DNA of 64,000 nucleotides from Octopus sinensis (GCF_006345805.1 NC_043008.1:4650001-4714000); one strand, 5' to 3'. Shown: positions 13,258 through 26,015, numbered from the stretch's first letter. A program made the numbers and translations. Notes: a model not told the origin generated them from the letters alone.

Positions 13258-13835
13258 ATGCCGAATTATGTATTTTCAAAGATGCTGGTTAATGTGAAAA
13301 TTTAAGATCCAAATAAAAAATCGTATATCTGGTGGGACTCATCCAAAAAAGTTCCTTTACTGAATCAAACTCACAAATAAACCAAAACAAACCAAAAGGT
13401 AAAGTCCAATGTAATTGAAATCCAGTAAATCCAATTGGTAATGACTATATAGAATAGAAATGTGTTATTTCTCAAGTACAGTTCTTGCTAGATAATCCAC
13501 ATTTGTTCAAGCGGAGTGTGAGTCGTGAATGTCACTCAATCAGTGATTTGATACACTCGTCAAATCAACACTACATAATTAATTCAGCTGGAGTTAATTA
13601 TATGTGGATGGTCATGAAAGAAACCAAAGGTTCTGATGAAATAAGAAAATTCTCTCTCTCTTTCTCTCTCTCTCACCCCCCCCTCTCTCTCTCTCATCAT
13701 GTGTTGTATATATTCAATTTTCATGTTCAGGGAAAGAAATTATCCTGGTGGAGTTAGTGGCATGGTGTTTGTATCAATTAAAAATGAAGCTTGTTTCCCA
13801 ACTGTTTGGTCTTGGATTCGCTGCTACAGTATACC

Positions 13836-14060
13836 TATTTCTTTATTACCCACAAGGGGCTAAACACAGAGGGAACAAACAAGGACAGACATAGGTATTA
13901 AGTCGATTACATCGACCTCAGTTCGTGACTGGTACTTAATTTATCGACCCCAAAAGGATGAAAGGCAAAGTCGACCTCGGCGGAATTTGAACTCACAACG
14001 TAACGCAGACGAAATACCGCTAAGCATTTCACCCGGCGTGCTAACGTTTCTGCCAGCTGC
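13836..14060 (-). mobile_element. Young OK-like tRNA-derived SINE with exact 12-bp TSD, nested in an older SINE
   Basis: Minus strand reads agctggcagaaacgttagcacgccggg...gagttcaaattccgccgaggtcgactttgcctttcatcc. TSD ctacagtatacc at 13824-13835 and 14061-14072. Confidence 0.9.
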
Positions 14061-14367
14061 CTACAGTATACCATTTTGGGTAAATGTTGGTCATGGCTGA
14101 CCAAACTATGTGGAAGAATTTGACTGGCAGACCTTCAAAAAAGGTTCATTCTGTGCATGTGTGTGTATGTTCTTATGTATGTTTGTCTTGACATCGTGGG
14201 ATGGTTGTAAACAAGCAATCGTCTTCATTTCCAGTCTTCCTTAAAAAAATATGTCTGGCCATGGGAAATATTTCTTTGCTTGGAAGCAAGTGGAAGAGAA
14301 TCCAACTGAAGAATTTGCAGAAATTCTGTCTGACAGAAAACTGGAGATTTAAAGAATGATGTTATTT

Positions 14368-14600
14368 ATCATCATCATCATCATCATCGTTTAATGTCTG
14401 TTTTCCATGCTGGCATGGGTTGGATGGTTCGACTGGGGTCTGGGAAGCCAGGTGGCTGCACCAGGCTCCAGTCTGATCTGGCAGTGTTTCTACAGCTAGA
14501 TGCCCTTCCTAATGCCAACCACTCCGAGAGTGTAGTGGGTGCTTTTTTATGTGCCACCAGCACAGGGGCCAGAGTGGGGGCTTGCATCGACCATGATCGG
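14368..14600 (-). mobile_element. RTE-related (GAT)n-tailed SINE, 5'-truncated
   Basis: (CAT)n-cgtttaatgtctgttttccatgctggcatgggttgg...gcccttcctaatgccaaccactccgagagtgtagtggg. Confidence 0.9.
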
Positions 14601-15058
14601 ATGGTGCCGTTTTTCATAAGGCACATATTGGCATCTATCATAATGCCTCACCACAACCTATTAATCCACATGGCCACCACTACTACGGATTGCCATCACT
14701 CTCTCCCCTACATCTCGTTTTCTTCTCCCTAACCCCGTTTCTATCTGTCTCACAATACTTTCTCTCTAGAGAGAAAAACAGATGGAAGTAGTGAGAGAGG
14801 GGGAGATAGTGAGTGAGATAGAGACATAGAGAGGGATATATAGACAGAGAGAAGGCAGAGGTCTGGCTTCACACCTGTTTTACCTCTGTAAACCCCCTTT
14901 AAATTATGCTATGCAATATTGAGATACCTTTTAAAAACTTTTATTATAAGGAAAATGAGTATTATGATAGATGCTAATATGTGCCTTATGAATACGTTTG
15001 AGCACTGTACAGACTGGACCAAACGCTGAGAGGCCTGCTAGTATATATATATATATAT

Positions 15059-15374
15059 CTGAGACCCCCTTCGGTCACGACACAGACCATGAGATTGCAC
15101 CTAGAAAGTTACTCTTCCAAGCACAAGTCCAGGCAAGGTTGTTTATGGAAGACCAGCAGTCGCCCATGCATACCAGCCTTCCCTCTCCCCACCACTGATG
15201 TTATCTAAGGGAAAGACAAAGGGGCCGATACAGCTTGGCACCTGTGACGTAACAACTCATTTCTACAGCTGAGTGAACTGGAGCAACATGAAATAAAGTG
15301 TCTTGCTCAAGAACACAACACGCAGCCCGGTCCGGGATTCGAGCTCACAACCTCACGATTGTAAGCTCGACACT

Positions 15375-15380
<6 letters not shown>
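15059..15380 (-). mobile_element. tRNA/CORE-type SINE inserted in (TA)n
   Basis: Minus strand: B-box-like gagctcgaatcc then ttgtgttcttgagcaagacactttatttcatgttgctccagttcactcagctgtagaaatgag; TA repeats at both ends. Confidence 0.85.
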
Positions 15381-15418
<38 letters not shown>

Positions 15419-16879
15419 AAATTGCGAGGATGATCCGGTTCTTGACTGAAGATTGAAGGCTTCAAATGTCCCGTCCATGTTTTTTGTATCATCTTCTAAA
15501 TTTTTTGCCTTCTTGTCCCAGTTTGTATTTTTTTACATATATATATACACACACACGCACAATATTTAAATATGAGGTAGTAATAGTTTCATGCTATGGG
15601 AACACAATAATTTAGCCAGTTTATATCCTATGCCTTGTTCTCTAAGCAATCCTTCAGGCTTCAATATTCAGCAGACAAACGGAATGCAACTCTTGGCTTT
15701 CTTTCTTTTTCTATCTTATTTTTTTTTGTTTTCTTGTTCTGCCTCATCTCATTCCACCTTTTACGTTGACCTCCCACTTATATTTTTCTCATGTTTTCGT
15801 GCAGACCAGTATTCTGTCTTGGTTTTTCAAATAAAACCAACCATGTGGTGTATTTGAGCCTGAAGGACTGCTTGCAGATGTACGGCATAAATAAATCTGC
15901 CCAATTATTGTGTTTCCACAGCATGAAACTGTTAGCAGCTCATTTAAACAGTGTCTATTAAATGATATTTATCTCTCACTGAATGCAATACTTTTCTTTT
16001 TTTGCTGACCCTTCTAATAATGGAACAGCAAACTATACACACACACACACACACACATGATCAGAAGTAATGATTTAAACAATTTCTAGAGGACTTATCC
16101 CATTAACATTGTTTCCTTTGTGGTTTCTGATAGAGCAACATCTCATTGAAAGCTTTCTATCTATAACATTTCGTTTTTTTTTTTAAGGTGTTAAAGATAA
16201 TGTGATCTTGCATTTTTTAATTTTCTTTATGTGGTGGGTGTGATTTGAAGAATACTTGGCTGCTATTTTTCATAGGTTGAGTAACTGCATAGAGCTGGGT
16301 AAGCAAACTTGTTCCCCACGATAATCACACCTGAAACAGCTTACTGATGAAGAAGTCACCTCAAATTTATGAATCTATGGAATGAACATTTATTTTTCTT
16401 CTCAGTACAAAAGCACTTACAGGTTCTTGTGCACTTACAAATAGCTGCCAGTATGAAAAGGGATGCTCACTCTTGGCACAGATGTTTCCCTTCATCAGCT
16501 AACGCCATTAATTGTAATAGCATTCAACATTAATATAAACATCTTTATTCACAAAGACACACTGAAGTATTTTGACAAAACAATTCTCTGTACATCAAGA
16601 CTTGAAGAAATCCATTTGTGATGATTAATAATATAACTGAAATTAGTTTGCCAGTAACGATGTATTTATTATTCTGTAACATCGAGATGGTTTCCTTACA
16701 CTGACACCAATCGTAGTCAAATATTCTTTGAATTTCAATATTGCAGAAATCCGCTTTATTCTTCAGCTTGTAACATTGTGTATAATCGTAAATGAAGGAA
16801 TGGGCGATCACAACCTACACTATTTAGATTTCTAATACTTGTTATTCTTAATCCCTAGTTTCAAGAGGACAAATGCCAC

Positions 16880-17106
16880 AAGTTACAGGGATGTAGACAA
16901 ACCAACACAAGTTGTCAAACGGTGGTGGGAAAGCAATACACACACACACATTGGGCTTCTTTCAGTTTCTGTCTATCAAGTCCACTCACAGGGCTTTGGT
17001 CAACCTGAGGCTATAGTAGAAGATATTTGGCCAAGGTGCCATACAAAGGGACTGAACCAGAATGATATGGTTGAGAACCAAACTTCTTACCACACAGCCG
17101 TGCCTG
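16880..17106 (-). mobile_element. OR-like tRNA/CORE SINE
   Basis: Reverse complement of caggcacggctgtgtggtaagaag...ggcaccttggccaaatatcttctactatagcctcagg. Confidence 0.85.
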
Positions 17107-17649
17107 ATGTATTTACATATGTGTGACAGATGATGTAGCACAGCTTACGTAACTAACACAGATTGCAAAACAGCAGCCAACCAATGGAACAAACGTCTAT
17201 TCTTTCACTTCTCTTACCTGATCAGTTTTTATAAATACTCTCCAGCATTGGGATTCCTGGACTTTCATAACAATGGACAGGCTACATCCTAGTCTTAACC
17301 ATGGGTTTTCTCAATAGCTACACACTAGGCAGTGAGCTTTTGTGAGTTCTATGTAATTCTATGAATCCCAATTCATGTGTGTATATGTATATATATATAT
17401 ATATATATGAGTTCAGCAAAATTTAGATTCAGATGAATATGGTACTTAAGTCAAAGGCACCAGAATTTTGTATGGTATTATCCACATAAATCAATGGGGT
17501 GATTATAATCAAAATAAGTAACAAGTATGTCCGAGGTAGGGTGCTACAATTGTTTCATGCTACTTCATTTTATTAAACACTGTTTAATAAAATGAAGTAG
17601 CATGAAACAATTGTACCACCCTACCTCAGATATACTTGTTGCTTATTTT

Positions 17650-17982
17650 CATCATCATCATCATCATCATCATTTAGCGTCCGCTTTCCATGCTAGCATG
17701 GGTTGGACGGGTCAACTGGGGTCTGTGAAGCTGGAAGGCTTCGTCAGGCCCAGTCAGATCTGGCAGTGTTTCTACGGCTGGATGCCCTTCCTAACGCCAA
17801 CCACTCCGTGAGTGTAGTGGGTGTTTTTTACGTGCCACCTGCACAGGTGCCAGACAGAGCTGGCAAACGGCCACGAACGGATGGTGCTTTTACGTGTCAT
17901 CGGCATGGGGCCAGGCGATGCTGGCAACGGACACGAACGGATGGTGCTTTTACGTGCCACCGACACGGGGCCAGACAGAGCT
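17650..17982 (-). mobile_element. RTE-related (GAT)n-tailed SINE with three internal units
   Basis: Same tail and core as 11532-12135. Confidence 0.9.
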
Positions 17983-18324
17983 GTGTGTGTGTGTGATGAG
18001 AATGGAGATAAAGTTTTACATTTATTCAGTAAATCCTTACATGCATTTTATTCATGAAAATTTCTAGCATGCAAAGAATTACCTTGTAATTAGATTACAT
18101 CAGCAAATCATCAGAGATTGTATAACAAAAAGAAACAGCCATGCAGGCCATTATAGTAGTTTGACAAAATCATGCGTGAATATAAACAAACAAAGACACA
18201 ATCAAATCTAAAGTTATGTGACTTAGGTTTTATTTGTGACTTGCTCAAAGAATTTGTTATTCATGGAGAAATTGCAAGACTGAAAATTAAGTTGAAAATC
18301 AAATTTATTTGTCAGTAAACTTGA

Positions 18325-18356
<32 letters not shown>

Positions 18357-18439
18357 TCTCTTCTCTCTCTCTCTCTCTCTCACCAGACAGATAGATACAG
18401 AGATAAATTGAGTGTTGGTTCCTACATAAGTTTCATCAT

Positions 18440-18655
18440 TTGTAGCTGTTTGGAACCCAACTCTGGGTGTTCCAAGTGCATTTGGATGCCTAAATGCCAT
18501 AGATCGTCATGGAAACACTTTATTGCATTTTGTTACAGATGTCTGATATTAGACCTCAGTAACAGAATGCAATAAAATGTTCCCCCGATGATCCATTGCA
18601 GCTAGGCATCCAAGTGACCACAGAACATCCAATGCTGTGTTCCAAACGACTACAA
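18440..18655. repeat. Old imperfect palindrome (MITE-like)
   Basis: Nested complementary blocks: ttgtagctgtttggaac/gttccaaacgactacaa, ttggatgccta/taggcatccaa, tttattgcattttgttac/gtaacagaatgcaataaa. Confidence 0.7.
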
Positions 18656-20325
18656 GGGAGAAACATATAAAGGAACTAATAGTCTCTATTTGTTGTCAGC
18701 CTAACTCTCCCTTACGGGAGTTCTATATATCATTATTACTGCTAACACTACTAAGTACAGTGGTAGACTAACCATTATTCTGAAAGCTAACTGGGTAAGG
18801 ATAAATTATGCCAAGCTCTGACTCAAACTGTAGTGGTCTTACATCAAGCTGTGCACACAAGATGTATATATGTGTGTGCATGCATATCCATGTGATTGTG
18901 TGTATTAATGTTTATATTTGTATATATGTCTATATATGTTCCGATGTGATTGACACCAGCCAGTTAAAGAGATATGTTCTTCCATTAGTTTACATTTAGT
19001 TCATTTTAATTACGTTTTCATGTTTTAATTATGTTTCATAGGTCATTAGGTGGCAATATTTATTGGCTTATATTCTTTAATTAATCTATATGTTTGTGTT
19101 CAGAGATTCCTTCAGTTATTATTGCTTTCTCTTTTATTTATTTCTCATGTAGGTTTTTAGAGTTTTGTTTAATAACTTCTCTTTGCTATGTTTAGTTTTC
19201 TTGTTTATTTTAATGTTTTATAGTTTTTCATTTTCCACAGTTCTTTAAGAGACAATGTCTATGCTGATTGTATTTCTTTGCTTTCCATATTTATTTCTTT
19301 AATCTCTATGCTTGGTAGCGATAGACATGTGACAGTTTATGTTTGGAATTTGGTGCTATTTATTTGTTTCGTAACTAGAAGCAGGTAGAGACATAATGAA
19401 GATATTCTGCTAATGTTTGGCCCCTGCTTCATCTCTGTTATTCTATGATTATTGTTGACACTGCTGAATTGAGTGGTATTGCCTAGGTGTTGAAACTATA
19501 ATGATATCCATTTTGCAGCTGATGATGGGATGTATATGTCTGATATACGTTTTTTTATTTGTATGTGCTGTTGACTGTGAACCCTTTGTATTTTGTGTTC
19601 TCATTGTTTCTAAATTAACCATCCTTCAAATTCTAGCTGTGGTAATGGTTAAACTTGTTTAGGGATGGTTTGTTGCATGCATTTATATACATATACATAT
19701 ATATAACAGAGTAGTAGAAAAGTTGGATTCAGAGAATCAGGCAACCTTCACAATTATCTCCCCATTTGGAATAAGCAGTCAGTTTGCAGAGTTATCAATT
19801 ACTGTGTAAGTGTAATACACTATATCTGTGCAATTGAGAATCTTGGAAGTCTGGACAATAAATTTTTCCTCAAGGAGTAAATAAAGTATAAAGTGAAGAG
19901 GTGTAAGAAGTGAAAGTATATTTATTGCTTTATTTTTCCATGTGATATCCTCGTTGTTATTGTAGCTGTTTTGTAAGCCTCCTCATCTTATTCAGCTCAT
20001 GACATCTACCCTGGATGCTGATCTGATGAGTCAGCTGCCTTTATTTGCATCAATTTGTAAATATACACTTGTACTCTATAATGATGAGCATACATATTGA
20101 TATAAACATGTACACATAATCTTGCATACTGTAACTAATAATACTACATGATGAAGGTTACAAAATGGCTATAATCAGGAATTTCATATGAAAAACTAAA
20201 AATACATTTCTTTCCACTTGTCACATCTCCAAGCATTTTATATCTGTATGTTTGTATATATTTGTGTATGTTTGTATATACACACACACACACACACGCA
20301 CGAACACAGACATAAAAATGATGAC

Positions 20326-20370
20326 TAGGGTTCGCAAAAAAAACGATAATTCCCAAAACCGAATTCTAGC
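20326..20370. mobile_element. Orphan copy of the hAT terminus
   Basis: tagggttcgcaaaaaaaacgataattcccaaaaccgaattc resembles 20914-20953. Confidence 0.75.
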
Positions 20371-20520
20371 AAAAACTGTCCGACGAACGGCAACGGGAAA
20401 CTCAGAGTAACAGGTTTTGTTGAAATTTCTGCTGCTTTAAATAAAGCATATTATTCTACCACTGGTATTTGAGTACTCTGTTTTCCACCTTGTTTCACAT
20501 TTATGTGTTTACTCCGGTAT
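20371..20520 (+). mobile_element. Penelope-like terminal repeat (family 2) with degenerate hammerhead at 20376-20413
   Basis: CTGT-CCGACGA-A-CG(GCAA)CG-G-GAAAC-TCAGA-GTA-ACAG; the downstream ~100 bp match 26120-26235. Confidence 0.7.
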
Positions 20521-20637
20521 ATATATATATATACATATATATATACATATATATACATACATGTACTTATGTGTGTGTCTGTCTGCCTGACTGTCTGAGT
20601 GTGTATATATGTATGTACGTATATACATTTGTGTGTA

Positions 20638-20689
<52 letters not shown>

Positions 20690-20988
20690 CATATATATAT
20701 ATAGGCATACAGATGTATGTCTATGAATATATGTATGTGTATGTATATATGTGCATGTATGTATGTATGTATGTATGTATGCATGTATAGGCATATATAT
20801 ATAATTTGTAATGCATTGTCATGTGCATTTCCTAAATATTCCAAGTCCTTCTTTTTAAAGTCTCATTCCATTCATGTCTCCAATACCTCTGCTCTCTTCA
20901 TATGCATGCTCACTAGGCTTCGCAAATAACCAATAATTCCCAAAACCGAGTTCAAGTATTCTCAAAACCGGTTAAAAACTGGTTTCCG

Positions 20989-21234
20989 CGGGTACTACTT
21001 AAGAAGAGTGGTCCCGGTGCGCGCACTAGCTAGTCGTGACTAGTCGATCCTTACTTTGTGTTTTTGTGTTTTATTTACTTTGTTTTAAAAAATCATTTAC
21101 TTTGTGTAAAAAAATTATTTAATTTGTGTTTTATTTCCTTTGCTAGATAGTCGTTGTAGGATCGACTAGTCACGACTAGCTAGCGCGGATGCGCGAGTGT
21201 GCGCACCGGGATCACTCTTCTTAAATAGTGCCCG
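20989..21234. mobile_element. MITE nested in the hAT element
   Basis: GC-rich TIRs cgggtactacttaagaagagtggtcccggtgcgc...ctagtcgtgactagtcgatcc and their reverse complement, around an AT-rich core; no clear TSD. Confidence 0.85.
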
Positions 21235-21299
21235 AATTCTTTAGAGATTTCAAATCCATCTGTTACCATCCTGGGCTCTTCATTCATTTTCTTCATTGC

Positions 21300-22125
21300 G
21301 CTTATTTTATTCACGAATGAGTCCATTACCTTCGTAAGTAGATGGGACAACAGTAACACTTGTGTTTAGGTTCCCTCCTATTTCATTTTCTTTGTATAAT
21401 TCTGTTGTGTTCCCAGCGTCATGTTCAGGAAATAATCTCCTATATGTTTGGTCAGCATACTTCCTTAAATGTTGTTTCATTAAAAAATAGAAAAGGTCCA
21501 GAAATTGGCTCACCTTTAAATTTCCTTGGGTTATGTAAATACCTCAAGAGAGTCGAGGTTTCGACATTTCTTCTCTTATTATATCTATGAATAAGTCTTT
21601 CACGAAAATTTAGAACCAAAGGGTTGCCGACGATATTCAGTTAATTCAATAAAAATTCTATAAAATATTCCGCTTTCAGTAAACCCATATTATCAGCGTA
21701 AATAGCCTTCAAAAGAATTTCTACTGAATGCAGAATTTCATATAGTAAATTGAGAGATTTCCATTCTTCGTCAGCGATGGGCATCTGTGGAAAGTTCTGC
21801 TCGTAAAGCATTTGGAATACAGCTTTTCAATTTCAAAAATCTCTCAATCATATGGAATGTGCTATTCCACCGAGTTCTGCAATCCAGTAGAAGTTTATAT
21901 TCTCTGTTATCAAAGTTCGCTCGTACAAAATCTTGCAAAATTTCATTTTTTTGTAGGAGATTTACGGAAAAGTTTTGAAATTTTTCTTACCTTTTTTAAA
22001 ACTCTGCTAAATTCAGGTTTTAGCTGGGGAAAACAAGCATTTTTGTGAGCCAAATCTGTTTGACAAAGTATGTCTTGTTGGCTTAGGTCAGCTTCATCAT
22101 CACCGTCGTCTGTTATGGCGATCAC
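21300..22125 (-). pseudogene. hAT transposase remnant
   Basis: Translation across a frameshift: RVLKKVRKISKLFRKSPTK/NEILQDFVRANFDNREYKLLLDCRTRWNSTFHMIERFLKLKSCI. D-x-x-TRWNS is the hallmark hAT motif. Confidence 0.9.
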
Positions 22126-22520
22126 TATCGTCTGTTATGGCGATCTCTTCACTTTTTTTATCAAAAAATTTAGTGTTACTTCCTTGAAATGACTCTGGAA
22201 CTGGTTATTACATATGCTCAATGGGAAAGATCACCCGACTGAAGACTAACAGCATCCCCTTGACTTGCTATGAATAAACTCAGTTACCTGCAAATTCAAA
22301 GAGTCAGCCAGGGGTTAGCAAAGGAGATGACAAGGTGCTGATCTAAGGTTCAAGGGGAAAGAAGGTGAGAATTGATATGTTGCGATATGTTTCAATGAAA
22401 CAGACAGCACTCTCAACTAAAGGCGACCAACAACAGTTCAGTTAGTTCAGTTTCAACGATATTTCTTGAAAAGAAAAAATGGAGAAATGTTTTGTGAAAA
22501 AAAAAAAGAAAAGAAACAGC

Positions 22521-22635
22521 GGATCTTTTCCCTTTGACCGGCACATTTCAAAAATAGTTATTTGTAACTAAACACTTTTAAACTTCGTATACTGGTAGAA
22601 TGTGTTACATAAAACATCTTTTACTGAAAAGATCC
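22521..22635. mobile_element. 115-bp internally deleted GGATC-terminus MITE
   Basis: Perfect 10-bp TIR ggatcttttc/gaaaagatcc; flanks gaaacagc/aaaacagc; body resembles the left arm of 24526-25155. Confidence 0.85.
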
Positions 22636-22914
22636 AAAACAGCAAACCTTAAAATCGGTTTCGGTTTTACTGATCATAATATGAAACCGGTTTAAACCAG
22701 TTTTATAAAACCTTTGAGGCCTAATGCTGACTACTGGTTCTGCCTGCTGTCTGATGACATCATTTATTCGCTGACCTTTGATGTCAAAGGTCATGTGTAA
22801 ATGAAGCTGCTGTTTTCATAGTTTGGTTATTGCTTGTCTCTTGAACTGTGTGATGTTTGTGACTTTGAAGAAGGCCATATTGCAAAAGTGAAAAGTAAAT
22901 TTAAAACAAAACGC

Positions 22915-22919
22915 TCTCT

Positions 22920-22997
<78 letters not shown>

Positions 22998-23165
22998 CAG
23001 TCTATCTATCAGTCCATTTATCTGTCTATGTGTTTGTCTATCTACCATATCCATGTCTATATCCATGTCATTCTATCTATCTATCTATCCGTCTGTCTAT
23101 CTGTCTATCTATCTATCTATCTATCTATCTATCCGTCTGTCTGTCTGTCTATCTATCTGTCTGTC
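22915..23165. repeat. (CT)n and (TCTA/TCTG)n microsatellites
   Basis: Read directly from the sequence. Confidence 0.95.
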
Positions 23166-24439
23166 TATAAAGAGTTCCAGAACATCTCGTTCCTCTCCCC
23201 TTTATTGCATGTAAACTTTACCATAGTATTTTTGTCCTATACCTGGCGAGCATAGGATTCAGCGAGTATTTCAAGAAAGCTCCAGCTATTTTGCTAAATT
23301 TGAATATCTGTGATTTTTTTTATCAAAGATTTTGCCATCGCTTACAAATTGTTTACTTCCTGAGATTGTTTTACTTATCATAAACAGCATGTTTCTGCCA
23401 TCTTCCTTTACCCAGCAATCCAATGAGACTGCTACATGTTTAACTACTGCTACATGTATACTCGACTACTTTGCTTAGCTGTCGGAAAAGACAAAGGCTT
23501 CGTCAGGGAATAGAAGAACTTTAGCAAATGTCATGTAAAAAAGTTACTTTTGTCTAACTTCAGCAAACGTGATCAAAGATGTTCCAACCATGACTATCAT
23601 ACCTTTTCATGTATTTTGCACTCATTCTTTAATGTGTTCTTTTTTAAAATAGTAGGATATGATTTGAGGGAGACGTGGTTGTTATTTCTATCAGATTGAT
23701 GATAACTTCTGGCTAAAACAAATAATATTGTCTATAGTTGTGCAGCCTCTTCATCTGTTTATCCTATTCTCTCAGTGTGTATATTGTGATTTGAGGGGAT
23801 TTGTTGAACGTTGTTCTTTAGCAACTTTAACCAATTCTGATCAGGTGGGCATGGAACCAAAGGCATTCCAACAATAACAGTCTCATCTTTTATTGCAGAC
23901 ATTGAGTTCCCAAGGGACAAGATTATCTTATATTAAAATAATAGAGTTGGGAAGTGGGAAAAGGCTGTTTAGTTGTTATTTCAGCAAATCAAGTGTTCTT
24001 GCAGGATGCTCTCTCAACGCCAGGACAACCCTGATATATGAGAAAAGGCATTCCAACCATTGCAATATCATTTTTTTCTCAATAATAGCACACTAATAAC
24101 AATAATATCTTAAGCTGGAATCTGCAAATTTCAACATCTTTTTTTACGAGTTTAGATTCTTCATCTTTTGAAGCTGATTCATATGTATTTAACATTTTCT
24201 GTCTGCAGTTCATGAAGCCACCCAGAATGCATAGCCAAATTATTTTGTGGCAGTTATGATTTTCTGGGCCCTTATTTATCTTTGCTTCCTACTGTCATTT
24301 TCCATGATAATTTTTCTCAGCCACTTTAGCTATTTACAGCAATTTTTATCTGTATTGATTTCCCACTGTGTTACAAATTTTAATAATTTTCCTGCAAACT
24401 ATGCATGTCTATGATTCGGTATATTTCATCTTCATGCCT

Positions 24440-25430
24440 CTAGGTGTAGGTGTAACTATGTGGTTTCATTGTAACTAAAATTTCAGGTTCAGTCCCTCTG
24501 CGCAGCACTTTGGGTGAGTATATCCAGATCTTTACCTTTTGACCTACAGATTTAAAAAATAATTTTTTGTAACTAAACAATTTCAAACTTCGGACACTGA
24601 TAGAATGTGTCATATAGAATATCTTTTACTCTTAGCATTTTTGAGAAAAACTTATATTTACGAAGTTATTTCGCGTCAAAGTTCTCGTATTTTGGTAATT
24701 TCAACCAATCAATGATGTGTATTCAGCTGAATAAAATTACTGCTGTTGTTTGTCAACAAGAACTATCGACTGTGTATATTTCGTTTGTCACTGTTGTTTA
24801 CGACATTGTTCGTGTGTTTGTACTGGTTTTAAGGTGTTAGGGTTTTAGGATTAGGGTTAAGGTTTTAGGGTTAGGGTTGCCATAAATAACAGTGACAAAC
24901 AAAATATACACAGCCGGAAGTTGTTTGACAAACAACAGCAGTAATTTTATTCAGCTGAACACATGTCATTGATTGGTTGAAATTACCAAAATACGAGAAC
25001 TTTGACGCGAAATAACTTCGTAAATATAAGTTTTTCTCAAAAATGCTAAGAGTAAAAGATATTCTATATGACACATTCTACCAATGTTCGAAGTTTGAAA
25101 GTGTTTAGTTAAGAAAAATTAATTTAAAAATCTGTAGGTCAAAAGGTAAAGATGCATATATCCTACTGTTGCCCTGGGCTGACCAATGCCTTGAGAGTGA
25201 ATTTGGTAGACAGAAACGGTGTAGAAGCCCATTGTATGTGTGTGTGTTTGTCCCAGCATGACTACTTGATAACCAGTGCCAGTTTTGTTTATGTAGTTAA
25301 TGGTTTGGTAAAAGAGACCAACAAGATAAATTCCAGACTTAAAAGATAAATACTAGGATTGGTTTCTTCAACAAAACCTTTCATGGTGGTACCCCAGCAT
25401 GGCCACAGTCCAATAACTTAAACAAGAATT
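24440..25430 (+). mobile_element. OR-like SINE split by a MITE
   Basis: Head and gcactttgggtgagtatatcc lie left of 24526; tactgttgccctgggctgacc...ccccagcatggccacagtc resumes at 25164. Confidence 0.8.
24526..25155. mobile_element. 630-bp fold-back MITE (~280-bp arms) with TTAGGG-like centre and 8-bp TSD
   Basis: 24526-24805 is the reverse complement of 24878-25155; flanks gtatatcc/atatatcc; the spacer holds ttagggttttaggattagggttaaggttttagggttaggg. Confidence 0.92.
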
Positions 25431-25557
25431 TGTAAATTAAGATATAAATAAATGAATTATATGTATTTGAATCTCCTGTTTGCAGAAGAGGGTTCTTCAT
25501 TGAGTTTGTGAATAGACTTGCTACTACAACCAAGCATCTTCTCATGTGTATTTTATA

Positions 25558-26006
25558 TCATCATCATCATCATCATCATCGTTTAACGTCCGCTTTCCAT
25601 GCTAGCATGGGTTGGACGGTTCAACTGGGGTCTGGCAAGCCCGAAGGCTGCACCAGGCCAGTCAGATCTGGCAGTGTTTCTACAGCTGGATGCTCTTCCT
25701 AACGCCAACCACTCCGAGAGTGTAGTGGGTGATTTTATGTGCCACCGACACAGGTGCCAGACGAGGCTGGCAGATGGCCACGCTCGGATGGTGTTTTTTA
25801 TGTGCCACCGACACAGGTGCCAGACGAGGCTGGCGAACGGCCACGATCGGATGGTGTTTGTTACGTGCCCACAGCACGGAGGCCAGTCGATGCGGTACTG
25901 GCTACGGCCACGTTCGGATGGTTTTCTTATGTGCCACCGGCACTGGTACCACAAGGATACAAATTCCATTGATGTTCATCTATTTTGATTTGGTTTGATT
26001 TGATTT
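25558..26006 (-). mobile_element. Young RTE-related SINE, near-identical inverted copy of 11690-12135
   Basis: Direct comparison shows only scattered substitutions. Confidence 0.92.
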
Positions 26007-26015
26007 AACACTTTG

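Larger units (their letters stand above)
20914..22723 (-). mobile_element. Decayed hAT DNA transposon (1810 bp) with 8-bp TSD
   Basis: Imperfect termini TAGGCTTC / GAGGCCTA; flanks atgctcac (20906-20913) and atgctgac (22724-22731); internal transposase remnant. Confidence 0.85.

Noticed and set aside
13482-13517. 36-nt plus-strand exon FLLDNPHLFKRS (tacAG...GTGAGT)
   Set aside because: Weak pyrimidine tract and no supporting neighbours or homology.
15440-15475. ctgaagattgaaggcttcaaatgtc as a hammerhead
   Set aside because: No GAAA and an impossible 1-nt loop.
23410-23480. Minus-strand exon with a strong acceptor (also 40034-40088 and 53246-53322)
   Set aside because: Stops in all three phases; at most non-coding or cryptic.
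24826-24878. Telomere or chromosome-fusion scar
   Set aside because: Short, degenerate, single-orientation TTAGGG-like run forming the spacer of a MITE.
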